Source of the DNA: a virus
Length of the DNA stretch: 47,146 nt
Direction: 5' to 3' (one strand)
UHGV virus genome: UHGV-1361989
The notes beneath the pieces are model-generated. The model saw only the letters and a program-made list of their open reading frames with translations, ran no database searches and was not told the origin of the DNA. Both the position numbers and the translations under genes were made by a program. The first letter of the stretch is position 1. Each line of letters starts with the position of its first letter. Below are positions 20,263-29,918 of the stretch, in pieces.

Positions 20263-20725
20263 GCTGTTTGAATACGACAACGGAAATCTGATATGGCGGG
20301 AGGATAGTGGCCGCAAGGCAAGAAAAGGTGAGGTTGCAGGCCACTCAGGGTCAAAAGGATATACGTCGATTTGGTGCTCTGGACGAAAATACTTTGCGCA
20401 CAGAATTATATGGGAAATGCATAATGGCCCTATGACTGGCGAATTGGAGATTGACCATATAAACCATAACCCTGGAGACAACAGGATTGAAAATCTCAGG
20501 CTGACAAATAGGGGAGGGAATCTAAAAAACAAATCTAAGTACTCTAGCAATAGCAGCGGAGTAACGGGCGTACACTGGAGGAAGGATAAGCGAAAGTGGC
20601 AAGCAAAAATAAGGGTTAACAAGAAGTTCATACATCTTGGGTATTTCAACGACATACTTGACGCGGAACTGGCAAGAAAGAAAGCAGAAGAGGAGTATGG
20701 GTTTCACGATAATCATGGTGTATAA
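20240..20725 (+). CDS. HNH homing endonuclease with AP2 domain
   Basis: IDHINHNPGDNRIENLRL + SGVTGVHWRKDKRKWQAKI + C-terminal NHG. Confidence 0.8.
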   Translation: MKRIDWNELFEYDNGNLIWREDSGRKARKGEVAGHSGSKGYTSIWCSGRKYFAHRIIWEMHNGPMTGELEIDHINHNPGDNRIENLRLTNRGGNLKNKSKYSSNSSGVTGVHWRKDKRKWQAKIRVNKKFIHLGYFNDILDAELARKKAEEEYGFHDNHGV

Positions 20726-20755
20726 TAGTTTCATTAATCATCACCTCACCACCCT

Positions 20756-20786
20756 TTAAGCCAGCATTGCGCTGGCTTCTTTTTTA
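20756..20786 (+). terminator. rho-independent terminator
   Basis: AAGCCAGC attgc GCTGGCTT + CTTTTTTAT. Confidence 0.55.
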
Positions 20787-20842
20787 TCTACGCCATGTGG
20801 TAAGATATGTCCTATGTGAGTTACCCAAAGGACACATATAAA

Positions 20843-21283
20843 ATGGCAAATCCAAACCCTAAGCACAAATTTTCATCCAGCAATCAGCCTCCACCAAGAG
20901 GAAAAAGCTACAGAACAGTGCTTCTTGAAGCATTACGAGCTGCAAATACGCCGATGAATGAGATTGAATTCGTCACGTACTACATCAACAAGGCGATGAC
21001 ATGCGAGGACGCTCAGGCTACTGGCATGCTGCGTGAAATATTCCTGCGACTTAACCCAATTCCAAAGCCTGTGGCGCCCCCTGTTGAGTTTGATTTTCCT
21101 GCCGACGGCACACCTGTACAGAAGATGGATGCGATTATCAAGGGCGTCTCTACTGGCGTTGTTCCAGCCGATATTGGCAAGATGATGGCGGACATTCTGA
21201 AGGCAGGGCTTGATATCGAAGAGGTGACAGAGCTTGCAGCGCGCCTTGAGCGACTGGAGAAGTTACTGGAGCAGCAACAGTAA
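20843..21283 (+). CDS. terminase small subunit (putative)
   Basis: Basic N-terminus, C-terminal coiled coil LERLEKLLEQQQ. Immediately upstream of HNH and TerL. Alternative start 20807. Confidence 0.5.
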   Translation: MANPNPKHKFSSSNQPPPRGKSYRTVLLEALRAANTPMNEIEFVTYYINKAMTCEDAQATGMLREIFLRLNPIPKPVAPPVEFDFPADGTPVQKMDAIIKGVSTGVVPADIGKMMADILKAGLDIEEVTELAARLERLEKLLEQQQ

Positions 21284-21386
21284 CTTATTTATAATAATTA
21301 ATGCGGCAAAGGGTAGCTCCCTGCCCGGATTGGTCTCCGGGCTGCCGCATCCAACCAATAGACCGCCTGTAACCGAGGATTCAATC

Positions 21387-21905
21387 ATGCCATCATTAAA
21401 AGAGTTGCCCATCACTCAAGAGAGACTTAAACACCTCCTACATTACAATCCAGACACCGGTGTTTTCACGTGGTTAAGTAAGCCAAGCAGAAGAATAAAT
21501 TCTGGAAGCATTGCTGGCAGGATAAAACCTAAGAAGGGGTATGTGGAAATAGGAATAAGTGGAAGAATCTATCTTGCTCATAGGCTGGCATGGCTTTACG
21601 TCTATGGAGCTTGGCCTGAAGAACAAGTTGACCACATTAATGGCATTCGCAACGATAACAGGATTAAAAATTTAAGACTGGCCACAACATCACAGAATCA
21701 GTGGAACAAGAGGATGCAAAAAAACAACACATCTGGAATTAAGGGAGTTAGCTGGGATAATCAAAGGGGAAAGTGGATAGCCCAATGCTGGTTATTTGGC
21801 AAGTATCACAAAATAGGTAGGTTTTCATCAATTGATGATGCTGATCGTGCAATAAGACAGTTCAGGGAGAAACATCAGGGAGAATTTTGCAATCATGGCG
21901 CGTAA
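21387..21905 (+). CDS. HNH homing endonuclease with AP2 domain (between TerS and TerL)
   Basis: VDHINGIRNDNRIKNLRL + SGIKGVSWDNQRGKWIAQ + NHGA. RBS gagga. Confidence 0.8.
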   Translation: MPSLKELPITQERLKHLLHYNPDTGVFTWLSKPSRRINSGSIAGRIKPKKGYVEIGISGRIYLAHRLAWLYVYGAWPEEQVDHINGIRNDNRIKNLRLATTSQNQWNKRMQKNNTSGIKGVSWDNQRGKWIAQCWLFGKYHKIGRFSSIDDADRAIRQFREKHQGEFCNHGA

Positions 21906-23319
21906 AAGACTCTCAAGCGTTGCGATAGAAAAACTTGAGCAAGCAGTAGGCAATTCAACTGCAAAACCAGAGTCTTCTGTTTTCGGTATTGTCGATAAGC
22001 TATTGCCTGACGGTAAACCGAATGTGGTTAAGTGCCTTAAAATGACAGCCACTGGCGTGTCAGAAACAGACGAGAAGCCAACAATATTAATCCCTGAGCG
22101 AATGGAACTGCTGCTTTATCCTCGCCGTTTCAAGGTGTTCTATGGGGGTAGGGGCAGCGGAAAGACGGCTAACGTTGTTTCTTACCTTATAGAAAAGGCA
22201 AGATTCCGCAACAGCCGCGTCGGATGCTTCCGTGAGATACAGAACTCAATCAAAGAATCAAGCTATGCCGAACTGGTTGATGAGATAAACAGAAAAGGCC
22301 ACGCTCAGGAATATCGTTGCGTTGATGGTGAGATAACCCACCACACAACGAAATCAAAGTTTGTTTTCCGTGGTCTGTGGAGAAATATAACCGCCATCAA
22401 GGGTATGGCTGGACTTACAGATGTATTCTGTGAAGAATCTGAGAACATCAGCCAGATTTCATGGGATACGTTAATCCCAACGGTGCGCGCCTCTGGTTCT
22501 GAAATTATTATTGTTTTTAACCCAAATAAAGAGACGGACCCGACGTGGACCAACTTTGTTGAGCCTTACATCGGCAAGATGGTTGACGGCATATATCAGG
22601 ATGATGACATCGTTGTTGTTAATGTTAACTACGTCCACAACCCGTGGTTCACGGAAGAACTTAAGCAGCACATGAACCAGATGAAAGCTGTGGATTATGA
22701 TCGCTACCTTTGGGTGTATGAGGGCAAATTCAACAAACGTAGCGATGAACAGGTCTTCGGCGGCAAGTGGCGCGTTGATAACTTCGAGGTCAAGCCTGAG
22801 TGGCATGGTCCATACTTCGGCATGGACTTCGGATTCTCCACCGATCCAACCGCAATGGTTGAGGTTTATATCGAAGAATTACCGGGCGGGCGACGCAATA
22901 TTTATATTAATCGCGAGTACGGCAAGGTTGGGCTTGAGATTACCGATACGCCAGCTGCAATGGAGCAATCATTTCCTATGGCTAAGCGCGCACGATGGTA
23001 TGCCGACTGCGCTCGACCTGAAACCATCAGCCACATCAAGCGCGCTGGATTTGATATTCATCCCTGCAACAAATGGCCTGGTAGTGTTGAGGATGGCGTG
23101 ACGTGGCTCAGGGGTTGCGACAGCATCATTATTCACGACCGATGCACTGAAATGAAGAATGAGGCTGCGATGTATAGCCATAAGGTCGACAAGAACACAG
23201 GCCTTGTGCTGACTGAAATAGTTGATAAATACAACCACTATTGGGATGCGGTGCGCTATGCGCTAAATGACTACATCGTACAGCGCGGCTCTGGATGGAT
23301 TAGGCGGAGCAGGAGATAA
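21895..23319 (+). CDS. terminase large subunit
   Basis: Walker A GGRGSGKT, ATPase then nuclease-domain acidic residues. 474 aa. Confidence 0.9.
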   Translation: MARKRLSSVAIEKLEQAVGNSTAKPESSVFGIVDKLLPDGKPNVVKCLKMTATGVSETDEKPTILIPERMELLLYPRRFKVFYGGRGSGKTANVVSYLIEKARFRNSRVGCFREIQNSIKESSYAELVDEINRKGHAQEYRCVDGEITHHTTKSKFVFRGLWRNITAIKGMAGLTDVFCEESENISQISWDTLIPTVRASGSEIIIVFNPNKETDPTWTNFVEPYIGKMVDGIYQDDDIVVVNVNYVHNPWFTEELKQHMNQMKAVDYDRYLWVYEGKFNKRSDEQVFGGKWRVDNFEVKPEWHGPYFGMDFGFSTDPTAMVEVYIEELPGGRRNIYINREYGKVGLEITDTPAAMEQSFPMAKRARWYADCARPETISHIKRAGFDIHPCNKWPGSVEDGVTWLRGCDSIIIHDRCTEMKNEAAMYSHKVDKNTGLVLTEIVDKYNHYWDAVRYALNDYIVQRGSGWIRRSRR

Positions 23320-23321
23320 GA

Positions 23322-23350
23322 AAAAGCCCCGATAAAGGGGCGGTTTGGTT
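23322..23350 (+). terminator. weak rho-independent terminator
   Basis: GCCCC gataaa GGGGC followed by GGTTTGGTT. Confidence 0.35.
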
Positions 23351-23702
23351 ATGCGTTAATGATAAAATTAAGCGCGCCAGTTTTTCCTGTTTTTTCGACA
23401 TATTCAGCGTATTTCGGGTTGATGCCACCTTTAAAGCTGGCCGCCATCGGCGCAAGGATTTCATACATTACAGCAGCAAAGGTGGCACGTTTATCTTCAT
23501 CAAACGCCAGGTATTCATTGGTCATCTGCTGCTGCTTCTGAAAGAAAGTCACGATTTCTTCATGAATAATTAACATGATCTCTGCATCAGTCATTTCAGC
23601 AGTGACGCGCGCTTTAACACCATCAACGATTAATGGCGCCACCTTCTTGAACTGGTTCATGATGTTTTCCATTTTGATTTCCTCATTCATCTGCGGCACC
23701 AT
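23349..23702 (-). CDS. hypothetical protein
   Basis: 117-aa ORF downstream of leftward promoter-like box. Confidence 0.5.
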   Translation of the reverse strand: MVPQMNEEIKMENIMNQFKKVAPLIVDGVKARVTAEMTDAEIMLIIHEEIVTFFQKQQQMTNEYLAFDEDKRATFAAVMYEILAPMAASFKGGINPKYAEYVEKTGKTGALNFIINA

Positions 23703-23762
23703 TGCCGCCTCAATGGTTTCAATCTACATCAGCAAGTAATCCACGTCAACATTTATAATAAA

Positions 23763-24053
23763 TTATTTGTAAAGCCAGCAATGAATCCCCGCATTGCGCA
23801 TGGCAGCATAAATCACATCATCAGATACAACCGCCATTGCCACTCTGTCAGCGTCAATCTGCTGGTGCGAAGCCATGATGTCATCATAAAAAACATCGTT
23901 AGCATGCAGCCACTCATGCGCATGCTTTGCCCTCATGATAAGCACATCATGCCCGGCAGAGTAGAGCGACTTAGCCAGCGCAACGTTGCCAGCAATAACA
24001 TTTCCTTCCGCATCACGCAGCACGCCATCAAGCTCAAAAATGACACATTTCAT
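23763..24053 (-). CDS. hypothetical protein with HAD-like DxDG N-terminal motif
   Basis: MKCVIFELDGVLRD resembles HAD motif I but protein is only 96 aa. Confidence 0.4.
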   Translation of the reverse strand: MKCVIFELDGVLRDAEGNVIAGNVALAKSLYSAGHDVLIMRAKHAHEWLHANDVFYDDIMASHQQIDADRVAMAVVSDDVIYAAMRNAGIHCWLYK

Positions 24054-24079
24054 AAGATTTCTCCGAGAGGTTTCATTTT

Positions 24080-24108
24080 AATCTACGCCATGCTAGAATC
24101 TACGTCAA
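24080..24108 (-). promoter_or_regulatory. leftward promoter TTGACG-17-TAGATT (conserved box)
   Basis: Reverse complement reads TTGACGtagattctagcatggcgTAGATT, then ggag RBS and ATG of 23763..24053. Confidence 0.5.
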
Positions 24109-24141
24109 GGCGCATTGACATAACTACATCACCGGGGCATC

Positions 24142-24381
24142 ATGAAGGCATACTCATCTTTTTCGTGGGAGCAGAAGGAAAAAATATATTCACTCGCAAG
24201 AGCTGGTGTATCAGATGCAGCTCTGTGCGAAAGGTACGATGTGGATGAGGCTATCCTGCTGCGCATGTATGATGAAGTGCTGTGTGAGTTGCAGCGGCGC
24301 CGTGGTTATAGTGGCCTGAAGACGATTAATGATTTCTTTCGGAATGTTGAGCTAAATAACGATGAGGGTGGTGATTTATGA
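24142..24381 (+). CDS. hypothetical protein
   Basis: 79-aa ORF. Confidence 0.45.
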   Translation: MKAYSSFSWEQKEKIYSLARAGVSDAALCERYDVDEAILLRMYDEVLCELQRRRGYSGLKTINDFFRNVELNNDEGGDL

Positions 24382-24568
24382 TTATTGAAGAAACAGAAAA
24401 CGCATATGACATGCACGTAACTGAGCAAGAGCTTGATGATGGAACTCCTGTCGTGGAGTTGTATCAAGTGAATGGCTCCGGTGTCGAGTCATTTATTGGC
24501 ATCGACAAACACCAGGCCGCGCAGCTTATCTAAGTCCTGCAACGCTGGATTGATGGCGAGGAGATTGA

Positions 24569-24790
24569 GTGATGAAAGCCGTCAAAACAATCCTGTTCTG
24601 CATCATCAATCCGCACCTGATTGTGATGCTGGTATTCGCTGCCATGCTTCTTGGAGCAAGGAAGTCACTTTATTATCTTTCCGACAAGCTGAATGATGCT
24701 GCACGTTACATTCAGAGTGTTGACTATAAACTCGCTGCGAAGTCGCACCCAGCATGGTTCAGATCGCTGGTTGATGATGAGGTGAAGTGA
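24569..24790 (+). CDS. small membrane protein
   Basis: Hydrophobic segment ILFCIINPHLIVMLVFAAMLL. Confidence 0.4.
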   Translation: MMKAVKTILFCIINPHLIVMLVFAAMLLGARKSLYYLSDKLNDAARYIQSVDYKLAAKSHPAWFRSLVDDEVK

Positions 24791-24972
24791 TGTCGTATTT
24801 CTTCCTGATATTCGTAATCACAAGCAACACGTCCAATATGCAGGTGGTGCCGATGCAAAGCATGGAGCAGTGCAGGGCGGCCATTACGGCAATGAAAATC
24901 GCTGAGGAAAAGCGGACGTGGCATGATGTAAGTCCAAATGTTGACAATTTGCAATGCGTTGAGGTGAAGTGA
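24787..24972 (+). CDS. hypothetical protein
   Basis: ATGA overlaps on both sides. Confidence 0.35.
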   Translation: MMSYFFLIFVITSNTSNMQVVPMQSMEQCRAAITAMKIAEEKRTWHDVSPNVDNLQCVEVK

Positions 24973-25169
24973 TGACAAGAAAACAGATTCATGATGTTGA
25001 GGTTGGTTGCAGGAAGTGGATTGAGGAGATATGGTTTAAGCCTGGATTCAGTGGAAAGCGCTATAAATTGTACGCCAAATGTCGCGGTTTGGTTCTTGGG
25101 GATAGAATAGAGCTTGCTATATTCCATAACAATGACCAGGCTCTTCAAGAGAGAGCCTTTGGTGACTGA
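24969..25169 (+). CDS. hypothetical protein
   Basis: 66-aa ORF, coupled start. Confidence 0.4.
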   Translation: MMTRKQIHDVEVGCRKWIEEIWFKPGFSGKRYKLYAKCRGLVLGDRIELAIFHNNDQALQERAFGD

Positions 25170-25174
25170 TACCA

Positions 25175-25183
25175 TGCTATAAT
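25175..25183 (+). promoter_or_regulatory. extended -10 promoter TGcTATAAT upstream of portal gene
   Basis: Read directly. No good -35. Confidence 0.45.
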
Positions 25184-25208
25184 CCCATCCATGCGATGGG
25201 ATTTTTTA
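25182..25208 (+). terminator. rho-independent terminator
   Basis: ATCCCATC catgc GATGGGAT + TTTTT. Confidence 0.6.
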
Positions 25209-25218
25209 TGGTGACGAA

Positions 25219-26661
25219 ATGTCAAAGTTAGAGGCGGTAAACGCCTATATTCAGCAGCGAGTGGCGAACAATAACAGACTCATAGAGCGGCAGCGCCGGG
25301 AGTTTGGCGGTAAGAACATCGACCACAAACACGATCGTCTTTGGGTCGAATGTGGCTATCCTGAAGAAATCACCGCCGAGATGTTCCGCTATGCTTACGA
25401 GCGCTATGCACCGGCAACTGCTGGCGTCAATCGCGTACTCGATAAGTGCTGGCAGACTCCGCCGCAAATCCTCGAAGAAGGCGCCGATGATAAAGCAAGC
25501 ACCCCGTGGGAGAAGGCCGCCAACAAGCTGTTTAAGCGCGCTGCGCCGTTCATTAAGGATGCAGACCGCCGCAACCTCATCAACCGCTATTCCGGTCTCA
25601 TCCTGCAAATCCGTGATGGAAAACAGTGGAATGAGCCTGTAGACACCACAAAAACAAGACGCATCAAGGATGCTGCCATTGTCCGTTACATTCCGGCATG
25701 GGAAGAGCAGCTTCGCGTTAGTGAGTGGGAAAATGATGAAGCCAGCGAGGACTATGGTCAACCGAAGATGTACGAATATCAGGAGTCGGTAGTCGGCGCC
25801 TGCAACAGCGACGGCAAACCAACGCGCTCACTGAGCATTCATCCCGATCGCATTATCGTATTTGCCGAGGGCGCGATGGATGGCTCTATTTATTCCGGCG
25901 TTCCGCTTCTGCGTGCCGGATATAACCACCTCATCGACATGGCGAAAGTCACCGGCTCAAGCGCCGAGGGCTTCCTGAAAAATGCCAGTCGGCAGCTCAA
26001 CGTTAATTATAATAAAGACAGCGTTTCCACTCAGTCTCTGGCGCAGCAAATGGGCGTGCCGCTGGAAGAGCTGGCGGACGTGCTCAATGAGGATGTGGCG
26101 CGCCTGAATGAGGCCATTGACGCAGCGATGTTCACGATGGGCGCTGATGTGAAAGTGCTCTCGGTGACGCCAGCCGACCCAGGGCCAACATGGACAATTG
26201 CGGCCAATCAGTTTGCTGCATCCATTAAGAAGCCATTCACCATCCTGTTTGGTCAGCAGACTGGCCGCCTTGCATCCGATGAGGATAAAACCGACGACGC
26301 CATGAGCGCTAAACAGCGCCGTGAGGACTGGCTGGATTACATCATCTCGGTATTCATTGACCGGATGATTTCCTTTGGAATTCTGGATAAGGCGCCAGAG
26401 AGCGGCTATTACTGCAAATGGGATGACCTGCTTGCACCTTCCGAGCTGAACAAGGCAGACCTGCTGGTTAAACTTGCCACTGCAAATAAATCTGTATTCG
26501 ATGCAGGCCAGATGGCCCTGATGACCGCCGATGAGATGCGCGGAATTGTCGGTATGGAACCTCTGGAGGAGCAGCTTCCTGACGGATTGCAGGAGGGTCA
26601 GCAGCAAGACCAGACAGACGACCAACAGCAGGACCAGACCGATGCGCCTCCTCAAAATTAA
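25219..26661 (+). CDS. portal protein
   Basis: 480 aa, follows TerL, acidic Gln/Asp-rich C-terminus. Overlapped by head-morphogenesis gene. Confidence 0.75.
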   Translation: MSKLEAVNAYIQQRVANNNRLIERQRREFGGKNIDHKHDRLWVECGYPEEITAEMFRYAYERYAPATAGVNRVLDKCWQTPPQILEEGADDKASTPWEKAANKLFKRAAPFIKDADRRNLINRYSGLILQIRDGKQWNEPVDTTKTRRIKDAAIVRYIPAWEEQLRVSEWENDEASEDYGQPKMYEYQESVVGACNSDGKPTRSLSIHPDRIIVFAEGAMDGSIYSGVPLLRAGYNHLIDMAKVTGSSAEGFLKNASRQLNVNYNKDSVSTQSLAQQMGVPLEELADVLNEDVARLNEAIDAAMFTMGADVKVLSVTPADPGPTWTIAANQFAASIKKPFTILFGQQTGRLASDEDKTDDAMSAKQRREDWLDYIISVFIDRMISFGILDKAPESGYYCKWDDLLAPSELNKADLLVKLATANKSVFDAGQMALMTADEMRGIVGMEPLEEQLPDGLQEGQQQDQTDDQQQDQTDAPPQN

Positions 26662-27586
26662 TGCCCGGCTTCCGCAGCCAAAATTAAGCATGAGCCTGAC
26701 AGACCCACTCGGCGCGGTGGGTCGCGTCAATAAGATGGTGCGCGATGTTGATGCCAGATATGTGACGCTAAAATCGCAGGTTGCCAGGCTGTTCCGCACG
26801 ATTCCTGTGGCGACCGGCAATGCTGAGGCTGGGAATTATTATTATGATTTCTCCGCCTACCGCGCATCGACATTCTTTGATGAGCTTCAGCGCATTCTTG
26901 ATAATCAGTTGCTGGAGGGTGACGATTTCACACATGGAAGGTTGTGGGCATCATCCTATGTCAGTGACGCCATGTATGCAGGTACGCAGAAGGCTAACTC
27001 TGACCTGAGCGACCTGTCGTCGGCATACAAAGACAGCAGGCCGCTTGCTGAAATCCTGTACTCTCAGCCGTATCTCGACAGACTTCAGCTTGCGTACACG
27101 CGCACGTATAACGATTGGGGTGGCCTTTCAGATTACACGCGGCAACAGGTGGCGGAAGTCATCACTGCTGGCATTGCAAATGGCGACGCTCCTGGAGTGG
27201 TTGAGCAAAATATCGTTAATCGCATGGACGTATCAAGGAGCTATGCGCGATCAATTGCTCAGACTGAAATCACCAACACCCTGCGTGAGGCTAACAGGCG
27301 CGAAGTGAAAGAGGCACAGGTCACGCTGGGTATGGATACCATCATGCTCTGGCAATCCGCGCTGATGAAGACCACCCGCGTCACTCATGCCGCGCGTCAC
27401 GGGAAGTATTACACGCCTGAAGAGATTGATGAGTTCTACAGCGAAGGTGCAAACCGCCGTAACTGTCACTGCGCACAGACTCCAGCGCTGGTGATGGATG
27501 GCAAGCCGGTTATACTCGAGAAGACCCAGGAAAGGCTCGATAAGCAGCGTGAGGCATGGCAGGATATACACAAGAAAGCCGCCTGA
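26642..27586 (+). CDS. head morphogenesis protein (Mu F / SPP1 gp7-like)
   Basis: Position after portal with 20-nt overlap. Start trimmed from 26531 to first ATG beyond the portal frame. Confidence 0.7.
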   Translation: MRLLKINARLPQPKLSMSLTDPLGAVGRVNKMVRDVDARYVTLKSQVARLFRTIPVATGNAEAGNYYYDFSAYRASTFFDELQRILDNQLLEGDDFTHGRLWASSYVSDAMYAGTQKANSDLSDLSSAYKDSRPLAEILYSQPYLDRLQLAYTRTYNDWGGLSDYTRQQVAEVITAGIANGDAPGVVEQNIVNRMDVSRSYARSIAQTEITNTLREANRREVKEAQVTLGMDTIMLWQSALMKTTRVTHAARHGKYYTPEEIDEFYSEGANRRNCHCAQTPALVMDGKPVILEKTQERLDKQREAWQDIHKKAA

Positions 27587-27610
27587 TGGCGGCTTCTGCT
27601 TATCTTTTTC
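27576..27610. terminator. bidirectional rho-independent terminator
   Basis: AAGCCGCC tgat GGCGGCTT then CTGCTTATCTTTTT. Confidence 0.55.
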
Positions 27611-27791
27611 TTATAACTGACTTTAAAATGCAATAAGGCCATGAAAGGCTTGAAAGGAACATGATGATAAAAACCAATAGCGCGCGATATAATCCATCAA
27701 TTGATTTTATTAAATCTCTTACACTCATGTAAAGACCAGGAAAATCAATCACGCAGCCAATGAAAACATACAGCAAAACAAAATAAATCAT
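27600..27791 (-). CDS. small two-helix membrane protein
   Basis: Two hydrophobic stretches in 63 aa. Last gene of leftward accessory operon. Confidence 0.45.
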   Translation of the reverse strand: MIYFVLLYVFIGCVIDFPGLYMSVRDLIKSIDGLYRALLVFIIMFLSSLSWPYCILKSVIRKR

Positions 27792-27792
27792 G

Positions 27793-28734
27793 TCAATCCT
27801 CCAACCTCAAGCCTGGGATTTTCCCGGCTGCGATGGCGTCATAAATTTCCTCTGCCATATCACTGCGGTTATCTTTTCGCTTAGCATTTGTCATTGCGCC
27901 ATAAATCTTATCGCAGATATCATCGCGCCTCCGCTCTGCTTCTGGGCGGATTGGGCGGAATGTTACATCACCAATATTGTAGGCATCCTCTATGCCGCTC
28001 TCTTCCAGCTTAATGACAACAATTTGATCACTTGCGAAAAGAATCCTGCATGATAGCCATTCATCTCCGGCCCATGAGCGCTCACACACGCATCCAACTG
28101 GCGGTACCAACCCCTCTCCATTCCACAACGGCCACGTAGCTTGACCGATGCACTCATTCAGGTCGGATTCGTCATCCGCCTCGGTGATGCCAGCATAAGC
28201 ACTCCATGCTGAAGCGCGTACCTTCTCTGCTTCATTCGTATTGTGCAGGCGGTAGGCGATGATATCCATAACTGAATTTTCATGCCGCCAAAATGCCTGC
28301 CCGGCATTAGAAAGTGGATTAACCATTACATCGCTTTCTTTATGACGTTTCGGCCACGCTTGCTGGTTTTCGCTTACCGCTCCGCAACGGTGCTTGACGT
28401 CAACAATTGTTCCGCACGGCACCGGGCATTCACCGCCGCCCCACTCAATCCAGCCTTCATTTTTGGCAGCCAGAGCGGATTCGTACTGTTCGCGGGTGAT
28501 GATGGCGGTGTCCCAATCGTCAGCAACGACGTCATATTTTTTTATTTTTGCGTCTGCGTGACCTGTTCCGTTATTTGCTAACCATATGTTTTTTTTAAGA
28601 TAAGGCGCTTTATGGTATCCAAATGCTACCCCTTTGTATATGCTGCTCCCATTATCCTGTGTAATACACTCCACCCCATCAGGCCATTGCCAGCCATTCA
28701 GGCCATCCTCAACCAGCATATCAATCAGTTTCAT
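27793..28734 (-). CDS. hypothetical protein (313 aa, Trp/Cys-rich)
   Basis: Long ORF, coupled stops/starts with neighbours. No recognisable motif. Confidence 0.55.
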   Translation of the reverse strand: MKLIDMLVEDGLNGWQWPDGVECITQDNGSSIYKGVAFGYHKAPYLKKNIWLANNGTGHADAKIKKYDVVADDWDTAIITREQYESALAAKNEGWIEWGGGECPVPCGTIVDVKHRCGAVSENQQAWPKRHKESDVMVNPLSNAGQAFWRHENSVMDIIAYRLHNTNEAEKVRASAWSAYAGITEADDESDLNECIGQATWPLWNGEGLVPPVGCVCERSWAGDEWLSCRILFASDQIVVIKLEESGIEDAYNIGDVTFRPIRPEAERRRDDICDKIYGAMTNAKRKDNRSDMAEEIYDAIAAGKIPGLRLED

Positions 28735-28735
28735 T

Positions 28736-28861
28736 TCTTCTCTCCGTTATAAATGCTTTTCAGCTCACCCATCACATTCAGCCATGCTGCATGCTCATCC
28801 ATGCCGCGCATCACCAGTTTAACGTAGCGATTGCGGGCCTTAAACATCAGTCGCGGGCACA
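28736..28861 (-). CDS. small basic ORF (about 42 aa)
   Basis: Fills the gap exactly. Stop overlaps ATG of the 313-aa gene. Confidence 0.3.
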
Positions 28862-29152
28862 TTACAAGTCACCCATGCTTGATACGCAAAGCGCAATTGT
28901 GATTGCCTTGATTTCTTTTGGTGTCTTGTTCGGCATTGAGTAGGCCATCTTTACTGTTGCACCAAGCACCTTGTTGGCATCCACTCCGTACTCGGGACTT
29001 TGTGCTACCGCCATTGCTATGCTCTGAGGCACGCCTGAATCACGAGCATCGGCCGCTGCAAACCCAACATCACCAACTTTGTTGCACACTTCACCAGCCG
29101 ATGCGCCAAATGAAGCCACTGCGAATACTGCTGCTGCGATAAATTTTTTCAT
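28862..29152 (-). CDS. secreted small protein
   Basis: Signal peptide MKKFIAAAVFAVASFGASA/GE. RBS GGGG. Confidence 0.6.
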   Translation of the reverse strand: MKKFIAAAVFAVASFGASAGEVCNKVGDVGFAAADARDSGVPQSIAMAVAQSPEYGVDANKVLGATVKMAYSMPNKTPKEIKAITIALCVSSMGDL

Positions 29153-29175
29153 CTTGAATCCCCTGTGTTTGTGTA

Positions 29176-29209
29176 ACTACATCATCGCCTACGATTCAAT
29201 CTACGTCAA
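29176..29209 (-). promoter_or_regulatory. leftward promoter with conserved box TTGACGTAGATTGA
   Basis: Reverse complement TTGACGtagattgaatcgtaggcgaTGATGTAGTTA. Imperfect -10. Confidence 0.45.
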
Positions 29210-29250
29210 TAGGATTATGATAAAATAATCTGCATCACCGGAGGTAACAA

Positions 29251-29688
29251 ATGAAACTATCAACGCGCGGAAAGAATTTAATTAAATCTCATGAGGGTTT
29301 GGTGCTTGCAGTCTACCCCGACCCGGCAACCGGAGGCGCTCCGTACACTGCTGGATATGGTCATACCGGGAGCGACGTTAAGCCGGGAATGAAGGTCACG
29401 CAGGCAATGGCTGACGCGTGGTTTGATAAGGACGTAGCGAAATTTGAAAGCGGCGTCTCATCACTCATCACATCCCCAACAACTCAGGGCCAGTTTGATG
29501 CAATGGTGTCGCTGGCCTATAACATCGGCCTTGGTAACTTTGGCAAATCAACGCTTCTGAAAAAGCATAACGCCCGCTGCTACACCTGTGCCGCCGACCA
29601 GTTCCGGGTATGGAATCGCGCTAATGGCAGGGTCATGAACGGACTGACCAAGCGCCGCGCAGATGAACGTCAGGTCTACATGTCATGA
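29251..29688 (+). CDS. endolysin, GH24 lysozyme
   Basis: SHEGLVLAVYPDPATGGAPYTAGYGHTG contains the E/D/T catalytic triad pattern of T4-type lysozyme. RBS ggaggt. Confidence 0.85.
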   Translation: MKLSTRGKNLIKSHEGLVLAVYPDPATGGAPYTAGYGHTGSDVKPGMKVTQAMADAWFDKDVAKFESGVSSLITSPTTQGQFDAMVSLAYNIGLGNFGKSTLLKKHNARCYTCAADQFRVWNRANGRVMNGLTKRRADERQVYMS

Positions 29689-29918
29689 GGCGCCTAACTA
29701 ACTGGCTTATCGGCATTTGGGCGTCATTCTGCTCGCTGATTCAGCTATGGCCTGACGCTATGGTTCATGTATGGGCATTCATGCCGGAAGACTTAAAGTC
29801 TTCCATTCCACCGATTGCGGTCAAGGCGATCAGCTACAGCATCCTTATTGCCTCGCTGTTTGGAAAAATGCACGGCATGAAGAAAGAGATTAAGGCGCTG
29901 AAAAATGACCAGAATTAA
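29685..29918 (+). CDS. holin-like two-TM protein
   Basis: Two hydrophobic helices, charged C-terminus, ATGA coupling to endolysin and to spanin. Confidence 0.45.
   Translation: MRRLTNWLIGIWASFCSLIQLWPDAMVHVWAFMPEDLKSSIPPIAVKAISYSILIASLFGKMHGMKKEIKALKNDQN

Noticed and set aside
20715-20720. TATAAT at 20715 and 23752 as promoters
   Set aside because: Lack TG extension and -35. One lies inside the HNH coding end just before a terminator. Insufficient support.
23763-24053. HAD phosphatase call for the 96-aa protein
   Set aside because: Only motif I (FELDGVL) is present. The protein is far too short to carry motifs II-IV, so it is kept as hypothetical.
25228-26820. Long minus-strand ORFs 25228..25761 and 25957..26820 (287 aa)
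   Set aside because: Completely antisense to the portal and head-morphogenesis genes. Arg/Leu/Cys-rich shadow-ORF composition.
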